A stretch of 33,009 nt of DNA from a virus (Duplodnaviria; Caudoviricetes): IMG/VR virus record IMGVR_UViG_3300025390_000026, positions 1 through 33,009 of that record. One strand, 5' to 3'. The notes beneath the pieces were generated by a model. The model was not told where the DNA came from and ran no database searches. It was given only the letters and a program-made list of their open reading frames with translations. Shown one piece after another: positions 1-8,616 of this stretch (positions are counted from its first letter, which is position 1; each line of letters begins with the position of its first letter). A program made the translations under genes and the position numbers.

Positions 1-127
1 AGGCTGTTGGACAGCGCCTGCGGCTGCTTGGTTGTCGTGACCACCGGTTTGGATTCGTGCATCCATTTTGTTTGTTCTCCTTGGCTATAACGTTGCCAGC
101 GTATTGTTATTTATGCTCGGGAGAACT
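1..127 (+). repeat. Exact 127-bp repeat of 32264-32390 (circular overlap; 5' end of scaffold gene and its leader)
   Basis: AGGCTGTTGG...GGGAGAACT is identical at 1-127 and 32264-32390, then diverges. Confidence 0.95.
108..114 (-). promoter_or_regulatory. ATAAATA late-promoter-like box upstream of scaffold-capsid operon (second copy 32371-32377)
   Basis: ATAAATAAC about 42 nt upstream of the scaffold ATG, followed by an AAGGAG RBS; motif recurs before many genes. Confidence 0.6.
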
Positions 128-137
128 TAGTTAATGG

Positions 138-1790
138 TTAGCGACCTGTGTTTAGACCTGTGATCTGCACTGCCACCGCTTGCGAGGGGTAATATGAAGT
201 TCCCATCGGAGTCGTGGGCGTTCCAGGACCTCCCAGGATACTGGCATTGTCTGCACTACCAAACTCACCAACACCCTCTTCTTGCTCTGCATTGATTCTG
301 GTTTGTTCAATAGCAGCGATCTCTTCCTTAGTCATCTCTGGATTAGGTTCAGGGATCATGGAGTATAGATTGTCTGCGGTGACGGCCTCGTTGGCTTCAT
401 CCAGAAGTAGATTACGCACTGCCTGATCTGGGATGCTATTCACATATACTGCTTCGTATTCTGCTGTGTCTTCTGTAGGAGCCAGCATACTAATGAGTTC
501 CTTAGTGATCAGGGCCTTTACCATCTCGCTATCACCAGCAAGCGTACTTGCCTGCTGCAGGAGGGCCATACGATAGTTTGTATCGTGCGCTTCGTAATCT
601 GTATTATAGCAAATGCTGCCTGCCCATCTCTGGCCCATAAATCTCGCAGCATATGTAAAGATCATACCTTCGGTTACTTCCATCAGCCTGGCTTTGGATT
701 TGGCAACTCTATGCACCTGTTTGCGTTCTTCTATGATGGAGATGCCTGATGCCACTTGTTGCTTGTCTTGGCGCTGACCGCCCATACCAACGAGACCTTC
801 CAGATTGCTCAGGATGTCATTCTGCTTCTTGATGATCTGCTCTACATCGCCAGTATCAATCTTGATTGCTTCTACTTGATCCTTTAAGGCACGAACGATA
901 GCACCAGCATGGACAGGAATAGCGATGCCTTTCTCGGCTCGGATGATTGTGTGAGCAAACTGTAATGCAGTATATGCTTCGCATTCCAACTTGTAGTGTT
1001 CTCTCATCGCGTCACTTGCAGCATCAATATCGCTGACGCCAAGGTCAATAACTCTGGGATCCTTACGACCAAATGCGATGAACAGGGGAATGCTCATACC
1101 AGCAGGGAACTGGCCAGCACCGATGCATTCTGCTTCATTGTCCAGTTGTCCGCTGAGGCTCATCTTGGGCAACTTATAACTGGCCCAGTGTGAAGGAGTA
1201 TTTGCATCACCCAAGTAATAGCATTTTAGATAGAAGTAATCTACATCTTCCATCTCCTTTACTTTCACATACTTGAGGATAGGCTTACCACCATAGTATT
1301 CCCATTCCCAGTCCCATACATCAATAGGGCTGATGGCGCAGGTATAAGGTCTGCCAAGATTACCTTGAGCAGTCTGCGGCATATCTACTGCGATCCAGCA
1401 GTGACCGAAGATTGATGTGAGATCGCCCACTTGTTCCATGAAACTATCAATATCACGGTTCTGCAGGTCAATGTCCATGGTGAATAGATCAGCCCACTCA
1501 CTATTATCAGGGTTAATAATAGTGCCTTGCGGTGTAGCAAATCTGATGTCGCGTTTTACGCCAGTCTCAAACAGGATGTCATTGATGGTATCAACAACAT
1601 AACGGCATATGGGCTGTGCTACAGTGTTGGTGATGAGGTCATTCCAAAGCACCGAATCCTCGCTTGGACGCTTCTTACGCACCTGCTGCTTGAAGATATA
1701 GCCCCCAAGATATGCATACTGGTAGTTCATCATTTGTTGGATGATAGCACTATAAGTTGTGCTCTTCTTGGTGAGATCGCTTACCTTCAT
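138..1790 (-). CDS. Portal protein
   Basis: 550 aa, between terL and scaffold in circular order; portal-like segments (YLGG, FGHCWIAVD...RPY, QVASGISI) and an acidic C-terminal tail. Confidence 0.85.
   Translation of the reverse strand: MKVSDLTKKSTTYSAIIQQMMNYQYAYLGGYIFKQQVRKKRPSEDSVLWNDLITNTVAQPICRYVVDTINDILFETGVKRDIRFATPQGTIINPDNSEWADLFTMDIDLQNRDIDSFMEQVGDLTSIFGHCWIAVDMPQTAQGNLGRPYTCAISPIDVWDWEWEYYGGKPILKYVKVKEMEDVDYFYLKCYYLGDANTPSHWASYKLPKMSLSGQLDNEAECIGAGQFPAGMSIPLFIAFGRKDPRVIDLGVSDIDAASDAMREHYKLECEAYTALQFAHTIIRAEKGIAIPVHAGAIVRALKDQVEAIKIDTGDVEQIIKKQNDILSNLEGLVGMGGQRQDKQQVASGISIIEERKQVHRVAKSKARLMEVTEGMIFTYAARFMGQRWAGSICYNTDYEAHDTNYRMALLQQASTLAGDSEMVKALITKELISMLAPTEDTAEYEAVYVNSIPDQAVRNLLLDEANEAVTADNLYSMIPEPNPEMTKEEIAAIEQTRINAEQEEGVGEFGSADNASILGGPGTPTTPMGTSYYPSQAVAVQITGLNTGR
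178..278 (+). repeat. Exact 101-bp repeat of 32909-33009 (portal 3' region)
   Basis: GCTTGCGAGGGG...AACACCCTC is identical at both places, offset 32731. Confidence 0.95.
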
Positions 1791-1813
1791 TTCATTTCCC
1801 TATAGTGATATGT

Positions 1814-1820
1814 TATTTAG
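1814..1820 (-). promoter_or_regulatory. CTAAATA late-promoter-like box upstream of portal
   Basis: CTAAATAAC about 24 nt upstream of ATG 1790. Confidence 0.5.
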
Positions 1821-2228
1821 TCAAGTTTTGCTTTTGCATTTGTCACCGTGTGCGAGTGCGTATATATTTACGGCTACATCTTTATTGCAGTGTTCGCATA
1901 CGCGCCTCTTCTGCTTCCAGCCTTTCGTGATAACAAAGTTATGCCTGCCCTTCTCCATCATATCTCTGACATTATCCTTCCTCGTGCCTGTCCATAGATG
2001 ATCAGGATTAACGCACTTTGGATTGTCGCAACTATGGCATACTACATTGCCTGGGGGAATAGGACCTTTGTGTTCTTCGTAACTCACGCGATGCGTAGTT
2101 CTCATCTTGTCTGGTGCTGTGCGGATCATACCATATCCGCAATTGTTATTACCGCCTTCATAGTTCCAGCACGCTGTCACAGGATCTACTTTAACTCGGT
2201 CTAATAATCTTTTTAGTAGTGGTGTCAT
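1821..2228 (-). CDS. HNH homing endonuclease with C-terminal CxxC...HGDxC module
   Basis: CW...GYG...HRVSYE...VCHSCDNPKCVNPDHL..GT..DNVRDM.EKGR is the phage HNH motif; free-standing between terL and portal; GGAGG RBS and ATAAATA at 2250-2256. Confidence 0.9.
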   Translation of the reverse strand: MTPLLKRLLDRVKVDPVTACWNYEGGNNNCGYGMIRTAPDKMRTTHRVSYEEHKGPIPPGNVVCHSCDNPKCVNPDHLWTGTRKDNVRDMMEKGRHNFVITKGWKQKRRVCEHCNKDVAVNIYALAHGDKCKSKT

Positions 2229-2260
2229 TGTTTATTTCCTCCGTTATATTATTTATGCCT

Positions 2261-3706
2261 TTATATCCATTTTTGATAATCTTCGGCTTCATCTTCGCCC
2301 ATCATGATTTGTTCCCAGGTCGGGCCGCCTGGATACACAGGACTCGGTGGCATATACCGCAGTCCAGGCTGTGTGAGTTGCTGATACTTGGGATCCATTC
2401 CCAGATACTCGGGTAAGTTGTATGGCGTCTCGTGCGTGATGGGGAATAGATGATGGATACCATATCGTATGCTATCGCCCAAGCCGTCAATGTGAGCATA
2501 GCGTTGTTCGGTATACTTAACCAACTTCTTGCGTGATGCATCCTCAAAGTGATAGGTGCCAAGAGCATCTAATAGGAACTTATCGTCTGGATCCACCCAT
2601 AGGCCACCTCTGGCTATGAAGGCATTAGAAGTATTGTCAGTGTCCGACACCAATGGATTGCTACGCCTGCTATTCACGATTGTAAATCCATATCGCTCAA
2701 GGATAACACGGTCGGTGATGCCGAAGGCACTGGTGGTATCTCTGTTAAGTTGTGTACCTGACATATCTATGATGCTGTCAATCCTGCGTCGGGGGAAATC
2801 ATCGCGTATTGCTTGTGCGATACCTTCTGTGCTGCAGTCAGGAATAGCATAGGTCCTCAGGACCTCTATGGTGCCATCTCGTGTATGTTCGCCCCTGACT
2901 TGGGCAACCACAGCACACATAACACGCTTGTTGAAGTCGTGGAAGGAATACAGAGGACCTCCCCGATCCTCTATCTTTTTAGTATATTTCGTCTTGTCCC
3001 AGGCGTAGTAGAACATATCTGCAACGCTTTCCCATTGGCACATATAATCCTGTGCGAACTTTAAGGGACTGATGATTCGCTTCTGTTCTTCTATGAAGTT
3101 GCGATTGCCTGAACGCATCTCCATATAGTTGTAGTGACGCACAACATACTTCTCTGGATTGTCACGGGCGAGGTTGAATAGGTCGTGCAGTGGTCCAGCA
3201 CCATTTGGTGTACTGATAACGATCAAGCGACCTTGTGTATCGGGTTGTCCTACCTTAGGTCTCAGGCGGTTTGTGATTTCTTGCAGCGTATCTCTGGTGT
3301 AGAGTGCGGCTTCGTCTGCTACCCATACGCCCACATTGAGACCTCTCAAGTTCTCCCTTTGTTCTGCTGATTTACATCTTATGAAGACGCCGTTGGGAAA
3401 CTTGATAGTGAGTTCGCTGTTGTTTATGTCCTTGCCATCTACTAAGCCGAAGTGTTTAACGCAACTCTGCTTCAGTGGTTCCCAGATCAGGGACTTGATC
3501 ATGGCACCTGTTGGTGCGCTGTAGATGATATCTTTACCCTTATGGAACTTGGCATCGCTGGCAAATATAGGCAAGGCGATAGCAGCAAGGAATGTCTTGC
3601 CGCTACCTACGGGAACAACATCTATACAATGCTTGTCTGTTGTGAGCCAGTCCTTGAGTATGGTCTTCTGCTCACCAAACAGCGGTATATCAATCTTTCC
3701 AGTCAT
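2261..3706 (-). CDS. terL: Terminase large subunit
   Basis: Walker A VGSGKT, LRGL..Walker B VADEAA, motif III ISTPNG, RNase H-like nuclease residues (HDFN...HIDGLGDSIRY). Confidence 0.92.
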   Translation of the reverse strand: MTGKIDIPLFGEQKTILKDWLTTDKHCIDVVPVGSGKTFLAAIALPIFASDAKFHKGKDIIYSAPTGAMIKSLIWEPLKQSCVKHFGLVDGKDINNSELTIKFPNGVFIRCKSAEQRENLRGLNVGVWVADEAALYTRDTLQEITNRLRPKVGQPDTQGRLIVISTPNGAGPLHDLFNLARDNPEKYVVRHYNYMEMRSGNRNFIEEQKRIISPLKFAQDYMCQWESVADMFYYAWDKTKYTKKIEDRGGPLYSFHDFNKRVMCAVVAQVRGEHTRDGTIEVLRTYAIPDCSTEGIAQAIRDDFPRRRIDSIIDMSGTQLNRDTTSAFGITDRVILERYGFTIVNSRRSNPLVSDTDNTSNAFIARGGLWVDPDDKFLLDALGTYHFEDASRKKLVKYTEQRYAHIDGLGDSIRYGIHHLFPITHETPYNLPEYLGMDPKYQQLTQPGLRYMPPSPVYPGGPTWEQIMMGEDEAEDYQKWI

Positions 3707-4076
3707 CCAACTCCTTGGTGGGGAAGTTAAACACGGTGTTAAACGATTTGCCGCCAGTAGTTACATCTTGTGCTGCAACATCGCTGAAGTAGTATTTGGC
3801 AAATGCGGTCTGATAGCGGAACAGCATCTCATAATCACCGCGGGCCCGTGCATCATACATATCTCTGGCGAGGTCTTCCTTTAGGTCGTTACCATGCACT
3901 TTTCTGTATTCTACGAGGAACTCTCCGCCTTGGATCTTGTTTACCGATCCTTTCTTGCGTCCAGCACCTGGTCTCCTGCCGCCTGGGCCAGATTTCTTCT
4001 TGAAAGGGACCAGATTGTTATTCAGGTCAAAGGTGTTGGAGAGGCTCTCGTTTACCTGATCTTGATCATATTCCAT
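3690..4076 (-). CDS. terS: Terminase small subunit (likely start ATG 4076)
   Basis: Immediately upstream of and overlapping terL; GGRRPGAGRKKGSVNK motif and C-terminal QDVTTGGK; GGAG RBS before MEYDQ. Confidence 0.7.
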   Translation of the reverse strand: MEYDQDQVNESLSNTFDLNNNLVPFKKKSGPGGRRPGAGRKKGSVNKIQGGEFLVEYRKVHGNDLKEDLARDMYDARARGDYEMLFRYQTAFAKYYFSDVAAQDVTTGGKSFNTVFNFPTKELDDWKD

Positions 4077-4141
4077 TTTACAATCTCCTAAATAGGTAGT
4101 GGAATACTGCAACGATTATAATGGCAAATAGAATAGGATGC

Positions 4142-4525
4142 CTAAACATAAATCTTCTCCCAGTCTTCTGGGTTATCGTGTGGATCGAGTCCATCATAGA
4201 TTGTCTTGTCGGTGCCGTCTTTGCGGCGCCACTTCATCTTACCGAATACCGTGAGCATCTTTTGGTTTTCTTCATTCCACTGCATCACGATCTCTTTGTA
4301 TCTGTCACTTCCGAACATCAACTTAAACTGATTCTCGCAGTCAGTGACTGATGGATTTACATCATACTTGGTGTCCCGCAGGGTCATCATGAAATCAATG
4401 CAGGCGTCCATTTCCTTTGGTGTCATATACTTGCCCAGTTCCACCGTCATACGATCAAAGTGAGCGATATGCTGTGTGAAGGGACGATCAAGCACCGTCT
4501 TGGGTTGGATTATTCTGCTTCCCAT
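4142..4525 (-). CDS. Hypothetical protein
   Basis: 127 aa ORF, GGAGG RBS, overlaps upstream gene. Confidence 0.7.
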   Translation of the reverse strand: MGSRIIQPKTVLDRPFTQHIAHFDRMTVELGKYMTPKEMDACIDFMMTLRDTKYDVNPSVTDCENQFKLMFGSDRYKEIVMQWNEENQKMLTVFGKMKWRRKDGTDKTIYDGLDPHDNPEDWEKIYV

Positions 4526-4809
4526 TTAATCACCTCCATCTGTTGGGTGGCCTTAGCGATCTCTTCTTCTATAGAGTTCTTCTCGCGGATTTCTCCCAGC
4601 TTGCTTTCCATTACTAGGGCACCCAGAAACTGATAGACTTGTTGCAGACCTACGCACTTCATATCAAAGAGTTCAATCTCTTTTTGTGTGAACTTGGTGA
4701 GGTCCATATCGCATAAGGTGTTATAGTTTTTCTGTATGTCTGCCATAAGGGGCTCAATATTGACCCAGGTCTGGCCTTCGTGCCGCTCTAACTTATATGT
4801 GTTTTTCAT
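4510..4809 (-). CDS. Hypothetical protein
   Basis: 99 aa ORF packed between co-oriented neighbours. Confidence 0.7.
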   Translation of the reverse strand: MKNTYKLERHEGQTWVNIEPLMADIQKNYNTLCDMDLTKFTQKEIELFDMKCVGLQQVYQFLGALVMESKLGEIREKNSIEEEIAKATQQMEVIKWEAE

Positions 4810-5155
4810 TTGTTTTTTCCATCTTTGCTGCCGCTCTGGCGTCCCTTAGTCTCTGTTGTGCCCTACGCATGTTGGCACGGTGTTCCGCAGATTTGGGGAC
4901 GCCCAGCTTTGCTTGCCGCATCTTCTCGCGGTGTTCATCTGTCTTGGGAATACCGAGGCACACACGCCTGATTCCCTTTACTACATTCTCATACTGAGCC
5001 TGCGTCATAGGACCAGTTCCACGCATCCAAGCAGTAAAGCCTGCTTCTTGCACGGGATTTGGTACCTCTGTGGTTCCGAAACGCTTGATCTGCTTTTCAC
5101 CATCTGCATCTCGGTAACGATGCCAGCGTGAATACATGTTCTTGTATGGGGCCAT
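4793..5155 (-). CDS. NUMOD3-repeat DNA-binding protein (no nuclease motif seen)
   Basis: GIPKTDEHREKMRQAKLGVPKSAEHRANMRRA = two NUMOD3-like repeats; TATAAATA at 5182-5189 and AGGA RBS. Confidence 0.65.
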   Translation of the reverse strand: MAPYKNMYSRWHRYRDADGEKQIKRFGTTEVPNPVQEAGFTAWMRGTGPMTQAQYENVVKGIRRVCLGIPKTDEHREKMRQAKLGVPKSAEHRANMRRAQQRLRDARAAAKMEKTNEKHI

Positions 5156-5181
5156 CTTGACTTGTTCCTGTATTGTTATCT

Positions 5182-5198
5182 TATTTATACAATAAATA
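5182..5198. promoter_or_regulatory. Back-to-back late-like boxes: TATAAATA (- strand, 5182-5189) and ATAAATA (+ strand, 5192-5198)
   Basis: Each faces a gene start 22-27 nt away (5155 on -, 5220 on +). Confidence 0.6.
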
Positions 5199-5219
5199 AT
5201 AGTTTAAGGAGAACTTCAT

Positions 5220-5423
5220 ATGTCAAAAAACATCATCACTCTGTTTAACCAGAATAAAGCCTACATCGTGGCAGTGCTAACAGGTATCTCTGCGGGTGCC
5301 AGTGCTCTGGGATATCACATCCCTGAGTATGTGTATGCTGTGCTTGCTGCCTTCGGTATCACCGTAGTGCATAACTCAATTGCGGCTGTAAATGCCAAGA
5401 TTGATGCGACTAAGCGAGACTAA
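5220..5423 (+). CDS. Small two-TM membrane protein, holin-like
   Basis: 67 aa, two hydrophobic stretches (YIVAVLTGISAGASAL; YVYAVLAAFGITVV), charged C-terminus, AAGGAG RBS. Confidence 0.6.
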   Translation: MSKNIITLFNQNKAYIVAVLTGISAGASALGYHIPEYVYAVLAAFGITVVHNSIAAVNAKIDATKRD

Positions 5424-6265
5424 TCCATACCTTCGTGAGGTGGAGCACTCAGTGAGCGATTGCTGAGTATCTCCACCCACATATCTTGCTTTAACTGATT
5501 TAACCGCCAGAAGTCAATCTCCATTTTTGTCTGCACAGGACGCAGGAAGAATGTCCTCTCAATGGGTATGATCATCTCCTGTGCAGTGGTCCTCATCATC
5601 TTGCGATCTGTAGTGGTGCGAAGCACATTCATCTGCGTATTCTTGTTTGGCTGACCGCACATTCCATCTATGATATCTTGGGGCGTCTTTGCCCGCTTCA
5701 GGACGGCTTCTGCTTGCTTCATACGCGATTCGCTTGATTTACGCGATAGGTCTTGGTTCTTGTCTATGCCCAACTGATAGCCAGCCTTCTCAAGCCAGAT
5801 ACCGTGATTGGTCCGGGCTATGGTCTGACTACGCTTGATCTCTTCCATATCGTAGTAGTATTTGTTAGTCTCTGTATCCAGATAGGCTTCTACTGCGAAT
5901 AGTCGGTCTTGGTCAAAGACGAATGTATGACCAGTGAGTTCCAGATCAATAACTGCCTGTGCTGCCTTCTCGGGGTTCTTCTCTGCGAGTGCTTCCTTGA
6001 TCTTTGCACCATCACCAGCACCACCTTGGTTTGGTGATGCGATGACTTCTTCGTCGTCAATGACCATGAGCGATGTGCTGAGTATGCTGACGCCCATGCT
6101 GTTAAAGCCCTCTTGGTAGTCAGTCATCTCATCATAGAACAGCAAGCGATCCATTCCGTTGGTCTTGCCCAACTTAAATGTTACATCAGGGATGTAGTTT
6201 CGGTCCCTGTTTTTAACGGCACACCACCCGATATCATAGAAGTATTTCGCTGCCATTGTGCACAT
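5420..6265 (-). CDS. N-terminal-nucleophile (Ntn) cysteine hydrolase, choloylglycine hydrolase/peptidase C45-like
   Basis: Starts M-C-T; KNRD, EGFNSMGV, ARTNH, SESR motifs; CTAAATA at 6285-6291. Confidence 0.7.
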   Translation of the reverse strand: MCTMAAKYFYDIGWCAVKNRDRNYIPDVTFKLGKTNGMDRLLFYDEMTDYQEGFNSMGVSILSTSLMVIDDEEVIASPNQGGAGDGAKIKEALAEKNPEKAAQAVIDLELTGHTFVFDQDRLFAVEAYLDTETNKYYYDMEEIKRSQTIARTNHGIWLEKAGYQLGIDKNQDLSRKSSESRMKQAEAVLKRAKTPQDIIDGMCGQPNKNTQMNVLRTTTDRKMMRTTAQEMIIPIERTFFLRPVQTKMEIDFWRLNQLKQDMWVEILSNRSLSAPPHEGMD

Positions 6266-6270
6266 ATGCG

Positions 6271-6540
6271 TTATTCCTTTTTTGTATTTAGTCGCTCTAT
6301 GTAGTAAGGGCGATCAGCCAGGACCTCTGCATACTTCATCGCTTCCTTATCATCAGGCGTGACGCTGATCAGCCACTCTAGATATGAACTGGGCAGGGAC
6401 TTTAACTTAAAGCCGCTGTATTTGCCGAAGAGGATGATCTCTTCTTCTATCGCTGGACCTCGACGCATCTTCCTGATGCGATCTCGCTGAGTGCTCACCT
6501 GTACGCGATATGCAGGTCTTTGCCAGTCAAACTTAGCCAT
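6271..6540 (-). CDS. DUF3820 / exodeoxyribonuclease X C-terminal-like small protein
   Basis: FGKYSG..L..LPSSYLEWL motif. Confidence 0.65.
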   Translation of the reverse strand: MAKFDWQRPAYRVQVSTQRDRIRKMRRGPAIEEEIILFGKYSGFKLKSLPSSYLEWLISVTPDDKEAMKYAEVLADRPYYIERLNTKKE

Positions 6541-7262
6541 TAGATTTCTCCTTCATCCATTTCCCAGAGTGCTTGTTGCACATAGTTGGCATCTCGTTGC
6601 GCTTGCGTTAGGTCGTCATTAAACACGAACTCATGATATTCTCCGTCCAGGAACAACTCGCCAACAAATCCCTCATCCTGCATCCACACAGCGCATAGGC
6701 CCATCCTTATATTTTTGCGATGTTGTGCAGTCACAAATCCCTTGATTGCTTTATATCTGATCCTGCCCAAGAACAGACCTTGATCGCTGCGTTCTGCGAT
6801 GTATTGCTCTGCTACTTGCTGCAAAGTCTTATTCTTGTGATTCGTGATACTACGCATTACCTCATCATGAGCAGTAGTCAGGCTTGATCTCATAAAGATC
6901 ATGTAGCGATTATCTGTGTCGGTCTTGATAGAGAAGTAGGCAGTCATCCTATGATTCCTGGCTCCCGATCTTACCTTCGCCAACTGACATAATATCTCTA
7001 CCACCATCTCCTTCTTGCTATCCAACTCTCGTCCATACCTGACCTTACCTGGGTCCTTCACTCCTGGGTGCGCAGCACCGGTCGGAGACATCCGGGCGGG
7101 CGCAGCCCCGCCTACATTTACAAAGTCCGAGCTACTGCGAGTGCTCTGCTGAAATGTTTTCGCTTTCGCTTTCTGTTTTAGTTTATGTTTAGAAACTGAA
7201 TGGGAATACATTTCAGCGTTATTATTATCGTCATCTTCATAGTTATATACATATTCCGTCAT
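6540..7262 (-). CDS. Hypothetical protein with low-complexity N-terminus; carries internal DNA hairpin cluster
   Basis: 240 aa ORF, AAGGA RBS, own promoter at 7283-7313. Confidence 0.65.
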   Translation of the reverse strand: MTEYVYNYEDDDNNNAEMYSHSVSKHKLKQKAKAKTFQQSTRSSSDFVNVGGAAPARMSPTGAAHPGVKDPGKVRYGRELDSKKEMVVEILCQLAKVRSGARNHRMTAYFSIKTDTDNRYMIFMRSSLTTAHDEVMRSITNHKNKTLQQVAEQYIAERSDQGLFLGRIRYKAIKGFVTAQHRKNIRMGLCAVWMQDEGFVGELFLDGEYHEFVFNDDLTQAQRDANYVQQALWEMDEGEI

Positions 7263-7282
7263 GTGTGATTCCTTCTATCATC

Positions 7283-7313
7283 TATTTATACTATAACCTA
7301 TTTATGTTGTCAA
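7283..7313 (-). promoter_or_regulatory. Sigma70-type promoter overlaid with two ATAAATA boxes
   Basis: TTGACA (7313-7308), 17 bp, TATAAA (7290-7285); ATAAATA at 7305-7299 and TATAAATA at 7290-7283. Confidence 0.75.
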
Positions 7314-7780
7314 GACTTATTTTTGCAGTTATCGCCGTGCCAGCGTTTATAGTTGGCATTATCAGTAGTCTTGTTGCAATGAGGACAGGTTGAAAGGTTT
7401 TCTTCCTTATTCCAACGGTCCTTCATACCATTTTTAATGCCTTCAATCCACTTGGGATTACTGGCTTGTGCGCCGTTGATTGCCTTACGGACCTTTTTGA
7501 ACTCTGGATCATCCTCACGCTTTCTAGCACCTGCCTTAACATTTTTTTGCCATTCAGGATTATTTGCTCGGATGTTATGAATTCCTTGAAGTTGGTGTTC
7601 CTTCCATTCTTCTGTCTGTGTTTTTTTGCGAATGCCAGCGGCTTGCGCTTTCCGCCATTTAGGATTGTCACTTTGTCCCTTATTCGCAATCTTATGATTG
7701 AGTGTGGGACTTGTCAAGTCCCAACCAGGAAGATTTTGGTTACCCCATTCATCAGGATTAAAATCATCAAGCCTTGGCAT
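7310..7780 (-). CDS. Basic repeat protein with C-terminal CPHC...HGDNCK module (homing-endonuclease-associated domains; likely start ATG 7780)
   Basis: Repeated NPKW/NPEW/DPEF helical units and TCPHCNK...KRWHGDNCK; overlaps the 3' end of the ATPase gene. Confidence 0.6.
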   Translation of the reverse strand: MPRLDDFNPDEWGNQNLPGWDLTSPTLNHKIANKGQSDNPKWRKAQAAGIRKKTQTEEWKEHQLQGIHNIRANNPEWQKNVKAGARKREDDPEFKKVRKAINGAQASNPKWIEGIKNGMKDRWNKEENLSTCPHCNKTTDNANYKRWHGDNCKNKS

Positions 7781-8612
7781 TGGCAGACCCCAGCTTGATG
7801 TTGTCAAGCAGAACACGCTTCATCATGGGATTAGCATTATGATAATAGATAGTATCTGCAATCTTGACTGCTACCCGAGGAGTGATATCCGATAGATACA
7901 TATAGTTATCATCAATGTAGTCCATGGCCTCGTCAACAACTTCTTGCGGATAGCCGTTGAACTTCTTGCCATCCAGCTCATATGTATGAACCTTACACTT
8001 ATCAGACAGCATGTGCTTGTCCTCTACCAGATACTTGGTATACATATACTTCTGCTCGTGATTAAAGATGCAACTCACGCTATTGAAGCGACTGGAGAAC
8101 GCTTGCTTCCATTGAGACATCTTTGCACCGATATCTTCCATGGTGTAGTTGGTAATAACGATAATGTTGCCGTTGAACATGAAGTCAAAGGGAACATCAT
8201 GCTCTTCCATGAGCGCATTGCGCTTTGCAGTATTCCAACTGCAGAGACGATTGCGACCTTCTTCCACTGCACCGAGGATCAGGGGAACGATCTTGGACTT
8301 CTCAGCATGGTTGATGATATCCACGTCGTCCAGCACCATGATGCGATTGGAGAAGCGATTGAGGTAGAGCTTTACATACAAGCCTGCGGCAGTGATAGTG
8401 CCGCCCTTGATGTATTCAACATTTTGCATGACACCTGCGTCACGCAGTGCTTCCTGTACAAAGTGCGACTTACCAGTACCAGCATCGCCCATGACCAGCA
8501 GACCGTTGATGGCGCTACCTGGATTATTTGCGAAGTTCAGCGTCTGATAATATGTCGTCTGGAAAGCCTCTACAACGGGCTTGATAATGGGATTGATACG
8601 TTCCTTAGTCAT
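7767..8612 (-). CDS. AAA+/P-loop ATPase (likely start ATG 8612)
   Basis: Walker A GDAGTGKS, Walker B VLDDVD, sensor I ITN, arginine finger AFSSRF; GAGGAGG RBS. Confidence 0.85.
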   Translation of the reverse strand: MTKERINPIIKPVVEAFQTTYYQTLNFANNPGSAINGLLVMGDAGTGKSHFVQEALRDAGVMQNVEYIKGGTITAAGLYVKLYLNRFSNRIMVLDDVDIINHAEKSKIVPLILGAVEEGRNRLCSWNTAKRNALMEEHDVPFDFMFNGNIIVITNYTMEDIGAKMSQWKQAFSSRFNSVSCIFNHEQKYMYTKYLVEDKHMLSDKCKVHTYELDGKKFNGYPQEVVDEAMDYIDDNYMYLSDITPRVAVKIADTIYYHNANPMMKRVLLDNIKLGSANAKA

Positions 8613-8616
8613 TTGA

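Noticed and set aside
1-127. Biological direct terminal repeat
   Set aside because: 127 bp equals a common assembler k-mer and the repeat ends exactly where two alleles diverge; better explained as circular overlap through a graph bubble
141-177. Diversity-generating retroelement TR/VR pair with 32872-32908
   Set aside because: Differences are not adenine-specific, are almost all synonymous, and no reverse transcriptase is present
1821-2228. Group I intron or intein splitting terL or portal
   Set aside because: Both flanking genes are continuous with their own starts and stops; the HNH gene is free-standing
3595-3625. TerL Walker A lacking the usual arginine (VVPVGSGKT)
   Set aside because: Terminase P-loops vary widely; not interpretable without an alignment
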